This document shows, in pieces, positions 40,540 to 49,725 of a stretch of DNA of 64,000 nucleotides. This DNA comes from an uncultured Verrucomicrobiae bacterium. Lineage in GTDB: Bacteria; Verrucomicrobiota; Verrucomicrobiia; Chthoniobacterales; JAFAMB01. The stretch spans positions 800,001 through 864,000 of the forward strand of contig CAWAIK010000001.1 in the NCBI GenBank assembly GCA_963782115.1, in the 5' to 3' direction. Position 1 is the stretch's first letter, and the number at the start of each line of letters is the position of its first letter. The notes under the pieces were generated by a model. It did no database searches. It worked only from the letters and a program-made list of their open reading frames with translations, and was not told where the DNA came from. A program made the position numbers and the translations under genes.

Positions 40540-42561
40540 ATGAAACGAGAACCGAAAATTACCCTGCCGATAAAAAAGCCGGCCAAGGTGGACAAACTTG
40601 AGCCGCAGTGGCGGCTCTGGATCTGGTATTTTCTAGTGACTTTGTTAGTCCTCTGGGTCTGGCAAGAGCTGGGCAACCAAGTGGAATATCGGACTATCCC
40701 TTATAGCGAATTCAAGACCTATTTAGCGCAAGGTGCAATTGCTGAGGCGGTTGTTAAGCAGAACGAAATCGATGGACGGGTTGTTCCCAAACCGGAACAT
40801 GAGACAAAAGAGAAGCCGCCTGAGAAAGCAACAGCCACGCCTTCCCCCGCGCCCTCTCCGGGAGCGACCCAATCTCCTCCTGCCGAAACAAAGCCTTTCT
40901 TCTTTCGGACTGAACGGATCGAAGATCCTGGGCTGGTGAACGAACTTCAGGCAGCCGGAGTTCAATATGCAGCGGCGCGCCCTGGTGTCATTTCGCAGTT
41001 TTTCCTGGCCTGGGTGCTGCCGATTGCGGTCATGGTCTTCCTATGGAGCATGCTTGCCCGGCGGATGGGTGGTGCGAGTCAATCGATTTTCGCGATTGGC
41101 AAGAGCCGCGCTCGGCTCGTCGCGGATCCCGACACCGGCGTCACCTTTGAGGATGTGGCTGGTTGTGACGAAGCCAAATTCGAACTCCAGGAGGTGGTAA
41201 ACTTTCTCAGGAACCCGCAACAGTATGAGGGCGTGGGCGCCCGCATCCCGAAGGGCGTGCTGCTTGTCGGGCCGCCGGGCACAGGGAAAACATTGCTGGC
41301 TCGCGCTGTCGCAGGAGAGGCCCATGTGCCATTCTTTTTGATCAGCGGGAGCGATTTCGTTGAAATGTTCGTCGGCGTGGGCGCTGCACGTGTACGCGAT
41401 TTGTTCGTCCAGGCTAAAGGCCATGCACCTTGCATCATTTTCATCGATGAGCTGGATGCCATCGGCCGGCAGCGCGGCGTGCATGTGGGCGCAGTTAACG
41501 ACGAGCGCGAACAGACCTTAAATGCGTTGTTGGTGGAAATGGACGGATTCGAGCCTAATATTGGCGTAATTCTCCTGGCGGCGACGAACCGGCCCGAAGT
41601 TCTCGACCGCGCGCTGCTTCGTCCCGGCCGTTTTGACCGCCAGGTCATCGTGGATGTGCCGGATCTCGATGGTCGCGAGGCGATCCTCAAGGTGCACTCG
41701 AAAGACAAACATCTTGCCCCTGATGTGGACTTGCGCCGGATCGCCGCCGCAACCGCCGGCTTTTCAGGCGCTGATCTTTCGAACGTGCTGAACGAAGCGG
41801 CGTTGCTGACCGCGCGACGGCAGGCTGTGCAAATCACACAGGCAGACCTGGAGGAAGCAATCGAAAAAGTCATCGCCGGTCCCGAGCGGAAAAGCCGTCG
41901 CTTGACGGACGACGATAAACGTCGTGTCGCTTATCATGAGCTTGGTCACGCACTGGTTGCCGCTTATACTGTAAACGCAGATCCGGTCCACAAAATCAGC
42001 ATTGTTCCGCGCGGACGCGCTGCTCTTGGCTACACCCTGCAACTTCCGACCGAAGATCAGTTTCTGCTCACTCGCAGCGAATTGGTCGATCGTATCCGCG
42101 GACTCTTAGGTGGTCGCGCGGCTGAAGAGGTCGTGTTTGGCGAGGTGAGTACCGGGGCGCAGAATGACCTTGAACGCGCGACTGCGCTTGCGCGTCAGAT
42201 GGTGGCCATGTACGGGATGAGCGCGCGCGTCGGCCTGGCCAGTTGCGCGCAACGTCAGCCGATGTTTCTCAACAGTTCGGAAACTCAAATTCAGCGGGAC
42301 TGCAGCGAACAAACAACTCGCGAAATAGATGAGGAAGTGAAGAGTCTGCTTGATCAATCTTACGGCGAAGCGAAGGAGGTTTTGTCAGCCCATCGCGATG
42401 AACTGGAACGTCTTGCGGCCGCACTCATCAAACACGAGGCGATGGACGGCCGGACATTTTACAGGCTTATTGGCCGAGAGCAGCCCGCCATACGCGTCGC
42501 GGATCCTGGAGCGGTCGCCGAAGAATTGAATCTCAAGGAAGTAAATCAGCATGCCGATTGA
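40540..42561 (+). CDS. ftsH: ATP-dependent zinc metalloprotease FtsH
   Basis: Two transmembrane segments, [38 protein letters not shown]. Confidence 0.96.
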   Translation: MKREPKITLPIKKPAKVDKLEPQWRLWIWYFLVTLLVLWVWQELGNQVEYRTIPYSEFKTYLAQGAIAEAVVKQNEIDGRVVPKPEHETKEKPPEKATATPSPAPSPGATQSPPAETKPFFFRTERIEDPGLVNELQAAGVQYAAARPGVISQFFLAWVLPIAVMVFLWSMLARRMGGASQSIFAIGKSRARLVADPDTGVTFEDVAGCDEAKFELQEVVNFLRNPQQYEGVGARIPKGVLLVGPPGTGKTLLARAVAGEAHVPFFLISGSDFVEMFVGVGAARVRDLFVQAKGHAPCIIFIDELDAIGRQRGVHVGAVNDEREQTLNALLVEMDGFEPNIGVILLAATNRPEVLDRALLRPGRFDRQVIVDVPDLDGREAILKVHSKDKHLAPDVDLRRIAAATAGFSGADLSNVLNEAALLTARRQAVQITQADLEEAIEKVIAGPERKSRRLTDDDKRRVAYHELGHALVAAYTVNADPVHKISIVPRGRAALGYTLQLPTEDQFLLTRSELVDRIRGLLGGRAAEEVVFGEVSTGAQNDLERATALARQMVAMYGMSARVGLASCAQRQPMFLNSSETQIQRDCSEQTTREIDEEVKSLLDQSYGEAKEVLSAHRDELERLAAALIKHEAMDGRTFYRLIGREQPAIRVADPGAVAEELNLKEVNQHAD

Positions 42562-43540
42562 GTTCAAAGATTATTATAAAATCCTGGGTGTCCCTCGGAA
42601 TGCCAGTCAGGAGGATATCAAGAAGGCCTTCCGAAAAATGGCCCGGCAATATCATCCGGACGTTGCCAAAGACAAAAAGGACGGGGAGCAAAAATTTAAG
42701 GAGATCAACGAAGCGTATGAAGTTCTCGGCGATCCGCAGAATCGCAGCAAGTACGACAATCTAGGAGCGGACGGAGGGGAAGCGGCGGCCTTCCAGGGCG
42801 CACCCGGCGGGCCCGGAAGAAGCCGGCGCGGCCGGGGCGGCGAAGAGGGGGTGGAGTTCCACTTTGACGGGACCGGATTCAGCGACTTTTTTGAGCAGTT
42901 CTTTGGTCGTGGCAGTCGATTCGATGGCGGCAACGACTTCGGTAGCCCGGGCGTTGGATCGGTCGAGGGGACTGGCTTCGCCCATCGGGGCAGCGACTTC
43001 GAGAGTGACATCCTGGTAACGCTTGAGGAGGCGCTGACGGGGTCGGAACGCTCGATTTCGTTGCAACGCATCGATCGGCGGACCGGCGAGGCCAGAACTC
43101 AGACCTTGAAAGTTCGTATCCCACCGGGCGTGCACGAAGGCCAGGCCATCCGGGTTGCGGGAATGGGCGAGGATGGAATTGGGGGAGGGGCTTCCGGAGA
43201 CTTGTATCTTCGTGTCCGCTTCGCCGCGCATCCTGAGTACAGAGTCCGCGGCTCTGACCTCTATTACGGGCTCGACCTGGCACCCTGGGAAGCCGTGCTG
43301 GGGACACGGGTGACTGTGCCGACGCTCAAAGATCAGGTGTCAGTGCGGATCCCGCCCGGAACAAACCAGGGTCGGCAATTGCGGATCCGAGGTCGCGGGT
43401 TGCCCGTTGGTCGCACTGATCGCCAAGGTGATCTCTACGTGGTCATCAACATCGAGCTCCCGCAACAGATTACGGAAAAAGAACGCGAGCTCTGGAAAAA
43501 GCTCGGTGAGATTTCGGATTTTAATCCAAGGAAAACGTGA
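42551..43540 (+). CDS. cbpA: DnaJ class B chaperone (CbpA-like)
   Basis: J-domain with HPD, G/F region, no zinc finger, LAPWEAVLG. Confidence 0.88.
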   Translation: MPIEFKDYYKILGVPRNASQEDIKKAFRKMARQYHPDVAKDKKDGEQKFKEINEAYEVLGDPQNRSKYDNLGADGGEAAAFQGAPGGPGRSRRGRGGEEGVEFHFDGTGFSDFFEQFFGRGSRFDGGNDFGSPGVGSVEGTGFAHRGSDFESDILVTLEEALTGSERSISLQRIDRRTGEARTQTLKVRIPPGVHEGQAIRVAGMGEDGIGGGASGDLYLRVRFAAHPEYRVRGSDLYYGLDLAPWEAVLGTRVTVPTLKDQVSVRIPPGTNQGRQLRIRGRGLPVGRTDRQGDLYVVINIELPQQITEKERELWKKLGEISDFNPRKT

Positions 43541-43606
43541 TCAGGACAGACAGGTTGATGTCGGTTGAAATTGGCAGAACGATTTGGCAATGACGATGAG
43601 AATTCT

Positions 43607-43912
43607 ATGAACGCGCTGCAAGTCTTAGAGCCCGGCGGACAGACCGTTTATACGATTGACGTGGCGGCACAACTGGCCCAGGTGCCGCGGCGAGTGATCG
43701 TTCTCTATTACAAACATGGTTTGGTGTCTCCGATCGCAGATCCGGCCAGCAGCGGTTGGTATTTTGATGATGAGGCGATCCGGATCGTGCGCCGTATTGA
43801 ACATTTGCGGTCCACGTGCGGGTTGAATCTTGCCGGCATTAAGTTGGTGATGACACTCATGGAAGAGGTTGAGCGATTGCGCACCGAGCTCCGTTTTCAT
43901 CACCGGATCTAG
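43607..43912 (+). CDS. cbpM: Chaperone modulator CbpM / MerR-like HTH protein
   Basis: Follows cbpA; Y..HGLV.P, RRIEHLR...GLNLAGIKLV..L.EEVERL. Confidence 0.75.
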   Translation: MNALQVLEPGGQTVYTIDVAAQLAQVPRRVIVLYYKHGLVSPIADPASSGWYFDDEAIRIVRRIEHLRSTCGLNLAGIKLVMTLMEEVERLRTELRFHHRI

Positions 43913-44169
43913 GAAGTTGTCAAGGAAGTTGTCAGTTGTCAGTGGTCAGTGGTCAGTGGTCAGTGGAAAGGCAAAAACGAACGCCGGAGCCGATATTCGA
44001 AACCGAAAACGCCCGCACCCCGGGGTTAACGTCGACTAACCTGAACTGTTCTTCTACTGACAACTGACACTGACAACTGACAACTGACAACTGACAACTG
44101 ACAACTGACCACTGACCACTGACCACTGACCACTGACCACTGACCACTGACCACTGACCACTGACCACT
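43911..44169. repeat. Palindromic heptamer element: left arm (GTCAGTK)n 43911-43966, spacer, right arm (ACTGACM)n 44056-44169
   Basis: Read directly; about 16 units in the right arm before the IS. Confidence 0.95.
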
Positions 44170-44196
44170 GGGCGCATCTCCGATTTGTTAAAATTT

Positions 44197-45459
44197 CTAG
44201 TTCCAAAGGTAGGCGAAAGTTTTGTTTTGGGTCATAACGTCGAGAGCCAGGAGGTTGCGCAGGCCAGGCCTCGTCCAGAACTGGCCGGTGCGCTTGAAAC
44301 GATCTTGGAACTGGCTGCATTGTGACTCCACTGCGCCGGATCCGATCGGAGCGCCACGCTCGGCCACAGCTTGGTAATCAAGATGATCACGGTGATTGAG
44401 GAAGTATTGGATCTGACGTTGGAGCTGAGGGTCGGCTGAGTCATCGTGCGCCGAGTCATCTTGAAGAGATGTCTTTGGGAGTATTTCTTCGAGGCGGGTG
44501 ATGACGCGCGAACTTTCACCGTGACGCAACTGGTGTAGCAGCGGTTCGACAAAGACGCGTGCGGCCTCAGCATCATTGGCGTAGAGATAATGGGCCAGTT
44601 CCCATAGACGCTGGCTGGCGTGATAAAAGTCCAGCGTCTGGGTTGTGCCGCTAAAACGATCTTCGATCAAGGACCACAGCCAGACGGCCCCATCGAGGAC
44701 GACGAAGACTTCCTGAGCCCGAGCCATACCGCAACGCAGCGCCTCCTTTTGCACGGTGGCCCCGAACTCCAGCACATCGGTGCCAGGCGGACAGGCGACG
44801 ACTTTCTTTTGTGTCAACACTCCCCGGTCCGAGGCTGTCTCTGCCCGATGATCGAGCCGGTAAATAACGCCGGATTTGACTTCATGCCATGCGAACCGTT
44901 CGGCATCTTGGCAATCCGGTGGGGCGGCCCATTGCGGCCCGCGTTCACGTACCATCCAACCATCGAGCATGATCACAAGCGAAAAGGGCGCTTCGTTCTT
45001 GGGCGCTCCAGTAGGTGCGGGCATCACCTGCTGGTCTACCTGCAAGCCGATGCTCTGCACCTGACTATGGACCAAGTCATCACTGATCGTAGTACCCCAG
45101 CAGCTAGCCAACAGTGCAGCTTTCTGGTAGGAACCGGTTTGGGTCGCGGTGTAACAGAGCCTCTCCTGTAGTTGCGGGCTGACACGCTCATGAGGAGTCA
45201 ACTCCCACTGTTCGCGTGCCGGAGAAAGCCACCGCTGCATGAGGCTCGAAAAACCGTAGGCAGCTCGCACGGTCACTGTCCCCACACAGGTCATCAGCGA
45301 GAACTCACGCAGGCGCACATATTTCAATACCAGACCGCTCTGCGGACAGACCGCCTCGATTTGATCCGCCTGCGCTTGGAGCCGCTCCTCCAACCGCTGA
45401 CGGGTCCACTCGCGGCCTTCGGCTAGCGTTTGAGCTTCAACTTCGAGCAGGACTTTCAT
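44197..45459 (-). CDS. ISKra4/UPF0236-like DDE transposase
   Basis: MLDG, WHEVK, LDGAVWLW, LDFYHA, IGSGAVES..RFKRTGQFW; ATGA-coupled to the upstream gene. Confidence 0.88.
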   Translation of the reverse strand: MKVLLEVEAQTLAEGREWTRQRLEERLQAQADQIEAVCPQSGLVLKYVRLREFSLMTCVGTVTVRAAYGFSSLMQRWLSPAREQWELTPHERVSPQLQERLCYTATQTGSYQKAALLASCWGTTISDDLVHSQVQSIGLQVDQQVMPAPTGAPKNEAPFSLVIMLDGWMVRERGPQWAAPPDCQDAERFAWHEVKSGVIYRLDHRAETASDRGVLTQKKVVACPPGTDVLEFGATVQKEALRCGMARAQEVFVVLDGAVWLWSLIEDRFSGTTQTLDFYHASQRLWELAHYLYANDAEAARVFVEPLLHQLRHGESSRVITRLEEILPKTSLQDDSAHDDSADPQLQRQIQYFLNHRDHLDYQAVAERGAPIGSGAVESQCSQFQDRFKRTGQFWTRPGLRNLLALDVMTQNKTFAYLWN

Positions 45460-46307
45460 CGCAGCCGATAGAGATAAACTGCTTTGGGCGGCACGCTCAG
45501 AGTCCGGTCGCGGTCGTAGCGGCTGCGACCCCGCGTTTGGCCAACACAACGCCAGTTGGCGGCCTGATAACAGGTGCCGCGAAAACGTCCCACCTCCACA
45601 AAGCTCTCCAGCCAATCCAAGCCGTGTCCGTATTTTTGTTGCCAGTCCGCATCGATTCGCCGCGCCACCAAAGCCAGCAGATGACTGGCTAGATGCGGTA
45701 CCCGCACCTGCGGCAAAATCAAAAACCGACTGTTGTTGGCTATCCGGTGCAGTCCAATCAGACGCTCCGATTCGCTCCAGTCCAAGTGCCGATCGCGCGG
45801 CGCGCAGCGCCAGGCCGCAGCCCCAAAGAGCAGCACAGCCAAATCCCGCCCTGAGCTATCACGTGCCAGATACCCGATGTTTTGCCCCACTACGTGCCAT
45901 CCCAAATAGTGGTAGCGATCTAAGTAAAATGCCACTCGCCGCGCCGGGTCGCTGCCCGCTTCCACCCAATCGAGCTCTACAGGTCGCACTTGCTCCAACT
46001 CCGCGCAGAGTGGCTCCGGTGTGTGCTCAAAATCCGCCTTCACCCACCCAACCGTTTGCGGCCCACTCCTTTTGTATTCTCGCACAGGCGGCAGTTCGAT
46101 CAGTTCGCGCTCAGTTAGCTTGAGCAGAAAACTGCGCGCCGCAAAATCCTTCAGCCGCCCCTTGCCGTTGCGCCAATCCCACAACACGCATAGCTCCCGT
46201 GCCAAGCGCTTCCGACTCCAATCCCTATGCGCCCCTATCCACCCACGCAACCATTCTAGTGCTTCCTGCGATATCGTTCGCCCCTGACAGATCACCGGCC
46301 ACAACAT
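45456..46307 (-). CDS. DUF4338 (DruA-like) protein
   Basis: SRKRLARELC..WDW, YHYLG, AAWRCAPRD...W, NNSRFLILP.V.VPHLAS, ESFVE..RF.GTCYQAANW..VGQT.GR. Confidence 0.88.
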   Translation of the reverse strand: MLWPVICQGRTISQEALEWLRGWIGAHRDWSRKRLARELCVLWDWRNGKGRLKDFAARSFLLKLTERELIELPPVREYKRSGPQTVGWVKADFEHTPEPLCAELEQVRPVELDWVEAGSDPARRVAFYLDRYHYLGWHVVGQNIGYLARDSSGRDLAVLLFGAAAWRCAPRDRHLDWSESERLIGLHRIANNSRFLILPQVRVPHLASHLLALVARRIDADWQQKYGHGLDWLESFVEVGRFRGTCYQAANWRCVGQTRGRSRYDRDRTLSVPPKAVYLYRLR

Positions 46308-46374
46308 GCAGCTCTTTCTTCCATGAAAAAGTAAAGTAGACCAGCAAAATTTTTAACAAATCGGAGATGCGCCC

Positions 46375-46455
46375 CTGACAACTGACACTGACCACTGACC
46401 AGACTGACCACTGACACTGACCACTGACAACTGATCACTGACCACTGACAACTGC
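46375..46455. repeat. Continuation of the (ACTGACM)n array after the IS
   Basis: CTGACAACTGACACTGACCACTGACC... Confidence 0.95.
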
Positions 46456-46456
46456 C

Positions 46457-47323
46457 TCATTCCAACTGCACCGATTCCAATTCGGCGAAGACGTAGCCGA
46501 TGAAAATATCGGCCTCGATGCGCAAAGGGATTCGCTTGTCGTCGTCGGAGAGCCAGCCGCGACCGCCCCTGAACAATTTGTGGTCCTTCAATTGCATCTT
46601 TTTGTCGATTTTTTTGAGCGCGAGATCGAGCTTGATAGCGTTTTGTTTTTGGCCGTCGATTTTGATCGTATCCCGTCCAATGACCTTTACCGTAGCGAGA
46701 TAGGGAGCATTCGAGGCCCATACGACGATCGATTCAGTATCACCGTCCGCAAGCGGTTGACTCCTGACCCAAAGCAGCGCTGTGGTCATGTCGAACACCG
46801 GGCTGAACTTGAAAACATTTGGCTTTGATGGATGATCGCTGGGGAATTTCTCTCGAAGTCCGGTCACTTGATCCGGTTCGAAATTGACGTTCGTTTTCAC
46901 GGTCTCCAGGCGGTATTTCTCTTCTTGAAAGAAATGGATTGGCCTCAGAGTGACCTTGTTCCCCGTGGCCTGATGATAGATATCGAGCCGGAAGAGAGTC
47001 CGTGGAAATCCGGAAGTCGCACCGGAGGCTTCAACTTCGAAGGTGTTTCGGGTCGGCGAAAAAAAGTGGATATCAGCAGTGGCGGCCTGGATGCCGCTCC
47101 AACCGAATCGATAGGCCAGACGCATTGAAGGAGGCGCTGTGAAGTCGCCGGGACCCTTGTCCGAGGTCAGCGACCTGATCCAGTCCGGGCTCTCGTCCGC
47201 GCCGGTCTCAAGTCCGGTCACTAAGAGGACGATGACAAAAATCCAAGCTATGGAATGACGCGCTCGGTTTTTCGGGTAAGTATCCATCCTAAGCTGCCAG
47301 TGCCGGCTCGGCAAAAGGTCCAA
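46457..47323 (-). CDS. DUF3108-like exported protein (start uncertain)
   Basis: L.YRFGWSGI.A, VFD..TALL.VRSQ, WLSDD.KRIPLRI.ADIFIG. Confidence 0.7.
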   Translation of the reverse strand: MDLLPSRHWQLRMDTYPKNRARHSIAWIFVIVLLVTGLETGADESPDWIRSLTSDKGPGDFTAPPSMRLAYRFGWSGIQAATADIHFFSPTRNTFEVEASGATSGFPRTLFRLDIYHQATGNKVTLRPIHFFQEEKYRLETVKTNVNFEPDQVTGLREKFPSDHPSKPNVFKFSPVFDMTTALLWVRSQPLADGDTESIVVWASNAPYLATVKVIGRDTIKIDGQKQNAIKLDLALKKIDKKMQLKDHKLFRGGRGWLSDDDKRIPLRIEADIFIGYVFAELESVQLE

Positions 47324-47982
47324 TCGCCTCTTTCGGAAATCAACTGGACTTGTTCTCCTATCTGCAGGCTTTCCACCGAACGCCCGCTGACGGCGGGCCC
47401 ATATTTGAGATCCGCCGCGGAATCGACGATCAGCGCTCGATTCGCGTCTTTTGACCCGGAACCGATCCAGACAAAAGCCGCTGCACTACAAAAGAAAATG
47501 AGCCCGGCGACGATGCAGAGCCTGCGCCAGAATACGATGAAGCGCCCACGCTTGCGCCACGCTGGAAAAAGAGAAAAGGCAAATACCCAAAAAGCGATCG
47601 ATGCGATGAGCGGAAAATAGTCAGCGTACGCTCCGATGTGGTCGCGGAGAGTCGGTTGATCGTCGTTTCCAACAATCTTGAGAACGGCACGCAAGTTAGA
47701 CCCGGCTTCATCCATTCTGGGGTTCAGGAGGAGTGCGCGTTCGTAATTGAGAATAGCCCTTCCTTGATCGCCCAATTTAAACCAAACGTTTCCTAGATTG
47801 TAGAAGAGGTCTGCGCTGTATTGACCGGCATGGACTAATTGGAGGTAATCAACTTTTGCTTCTTCGTATCTGCCGTTCTGATACGCCTCATTTGCCGCCT
47901 CCCAGGTTGTTCCGCCAAAAGTAAGCGGAACGGCCAATGCAAAGTTGCCGATGGCGACTAGCAAATACCTGACCCAGATCAT
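47248..47982 (-). CDS. BatE-like TPR + SH3b protein
   Basis: AN.AY..G.Y, YNLGN.WFK.G..GRAILNYERAL; C-terminal SH3b-like GW motif. Confidence 0.85.
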   Translation of the reverse strand: MIWVRYLLVAIGNFALAVPLTFGGTTWEAANEAYQNGRYEEAKVDYLQLVHAGQYSADLFYNLGNVWFKLGDQGRAILNYERALLLNPRMDEAGSNLRAVLKIVGNDDQPTLRDHIGAYADYFPLIASIAFWVFAFSLFPAWRKRGRFIVFWRRLCIVAGLIFFCSAAAFVWIGSGSKDANRALIVDSAADLKYGPAVSGRSVESLQIGEQVQLISERGDWTFCRAGTGSLGWILTRKTERVIP

Positions 47983-49724
47983 GCCGCGGCCTTCCAGCGA
48001 TTCAGGATGGTCTTGATTCTCGATCTTTCGTCCTCGGTCAGTGACTCGGAACCAAAACGCCCGTAAATTGTCGCCTCCCTGACCTGGAGAAGCTCGCGCA
48101 CATCTCTTCGCAGATCCTCTGGGAGCGTGTCCATGCTGATCGCCTCATCGAGAGATCGAGTCCGGGTTTTCTTTCCGCGGGTCTGCTTCCAGGAATTCAG
48201 CTCCAATATTCGAACCGCAGCCTGCAAAACCTCCGGACGATTGTTTGATGCGTCAATCTTTTTCCACAACAAACGTCTTTCGCGATTCAGCACCCGGTGC
48301 GGCTGACTCGCAATTCTAGCGTTTCGGACCCAGAGCCCAAGGCCGAGCAACAAAAGCGCGCTAGCCGGAATCGTTTGAGCGATCCAAAAGGCCGGTTGCT
48401 CGACCAAGGGAAGAAACGAGGCCTGACCAGGCAAACGTGTCCGAATATCGAGCACGTCCACCGTGGGAGAGGGCTTGATTTGGGGTGCAGGAGATGGGCC
48501 AGGCGTTGCGGGAGACCCCGCCGTTTCAGGCATTTGGTCTCCTTCAATCTCGATATTGATCGGCGAGGGTTTCAGGGTGACGTATTTCTCCGCGTTCGGA
48601 TCGAAATACGAGAATTCGACCGTCGGCAGACTGTTTACCCGTTTTGCGGCGACGAGCGGAAAATCAAAGGTTTTAACAGCGCTTAGACCTAGATCATCCA
48701 ATGCCTGGGTTTCTTCCCTCGGCTGGTACGTATGCCACCCCTGGGTATTGGTCAGCGCCGGCTGCTCGATGCGATCGAAATTGCCGAGTCCCTTGATTTC
48801 AACCTTCATGCTGACCGGGTCCCCTGTTCGCACTTTGGTAGGCTGTGCCGAAGTCGCGAGAGTGAAGTCACCCACCGCTCCGGAAAAAGTCGCGGGCCGA
48901 CCGGCTGTCGGGAGCGGTTTGATATCGATCGAGGCGCCGTTGGTTTTCACGTCAACGACCTGTTGCTGGAAAGCTTCCGTCGGATCAATGAAACCGGGTG
49001 CGTTTTTCATTCCGAACGGGCTGGAAATCAGAAAGCTTTGGGTGGCTGATTGCAGGTCCAGCTTTCCCGGTTTAACACCGGTCAATCCCGTTTTATAGAC
49101 CACCACGTGGTATACCCGACCATTTGATTCAAACTGTTTTTCGGTCGGTTCCAGGTATTTCTTGGTCACGAAGCCTTCTCCGTCGATGAGCGGAAATTGT
49201 CCTTGTGGATAAGGCTGAAACTGCATTCGCTGATTGAAATAAAAGCGCAGTTCGATCGGGATTAGTTCCCCTACATAGGCCGATTCCTTAGGGATAACGA
49301 GTTCGCCATAGTAAGGCTTATCCGAATTTGTCCCTTGGTCGGCGCCGTTACTGTTCTGATGAATGACTTTGAGGGTCAGACTTGATGTTCGGTAGACTTT
49401 TCCGCCTGCTGACACCTCCAGCGGCGGGATTTCAAAGACTCCTTCATTGGTCGGAGTCACGATGTAGGTGAAGATGGTGATGCTGGAGGCCTGAAAATTA
49501 AGGATCTGCGTTCGACTCGATGTGCCTGCAAAGTTAATCGACAACCCGTTCGCGGAAATTGTCGGCGGCCGCGTGATACGCGCGTTTTCGATTTTGATCT
49601 CCAACTGAACTGGATGATCGACATCTGTGACCGACTCGGACAGCGATGCGGAAATAGAGGTCTCCGCCTTTGCGAGACTCGCCATCCAGAGCAAGATGGT
49701 TAGAATGCCGATTAATTTTCTCAT
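47979..49724 (-). CDS. BatD family protein
   Basis: Signal peptide; YVGE, PLP..GRP..FSGAVGDF, G.GN, FSYFDP. Confidence 0.85.
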   Translation of the reverse strand: MRKLIGILTILLWMASLAKAETSISASLSESVTDVDHPVQLEIKIENARITRPPTISANGLSINFAGTSSRTQILNFQASSITIFTYIVTPTNEGVFEIPPLEVSAGGKVYRTSSLTLKVIHQNSNGADQGTNSDKPYYGELVIPKESAYVGELIPIELRFYFNQRMQFQPYPQGQFPLIDGEGFVTKKYLEPTEKQFESNGRVYHVVVYKTGLTGVKPGKLDLQSATQSFLISSPFGMKNAPGFIDPTEAFQQQVVDVKTNGASIDIKPLPTAGRPATFSGAVGDFTLATSAQPTKVRTGDPVSMKVEIKGLGNFDRIEQPALTNTQGWHTYQPREETQALDDLGLSAVKTFDFPLVAAKRVNSLPTVEFSYFDPNAEKYVTLKPSPINIEIEGDQMPETAGSPATPGPSPAPQIKPSPTVDVLDIRTRLPGQASFLPLVEQPAFWIAQTIPASALLLLGLGLWVRNARIASQPHRVLNRERRLLWKKIDASNNRPEVLQAAVRILELNSWKQTRGKKTRTRSLDEAISMDTLPEDLRRDVRELLQVREATIYGRFGSESLTEDERSRIKTILNRWKAAA

Positions 49725-49725
49725 G

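Larger units (their letters stand above)
44170..46374 (-). mobile_element. Intact 2205-bp two-gene IS (DUF4338 + ISKra4-like transposase)
   Basis: Perfect 24-bp TIRs GGGCGCATCTCCGATTTGTTAAAA (44170-44193 and 46351-46374); apparent CT duplication. Confidence 0.92.

Noticed and set aside
43953..44320. ORFs encoding SVVSGQW repeats (also 46353-46721 and 62178-62375)
   Set aside because: These are translation artefacts of the heptamer arrays.
45456..46307. Complete Druantia defence system
   Set aside because: Only the DUF4338 gene is present, inside IS TIRs; there is no DruE helicase or other dru gene.
43911..46455. Repeat arrays as a CRISPR array
   Set aside because: Units are contiguous 6-7-mers without regular unique spacers, and there are no cas genes.
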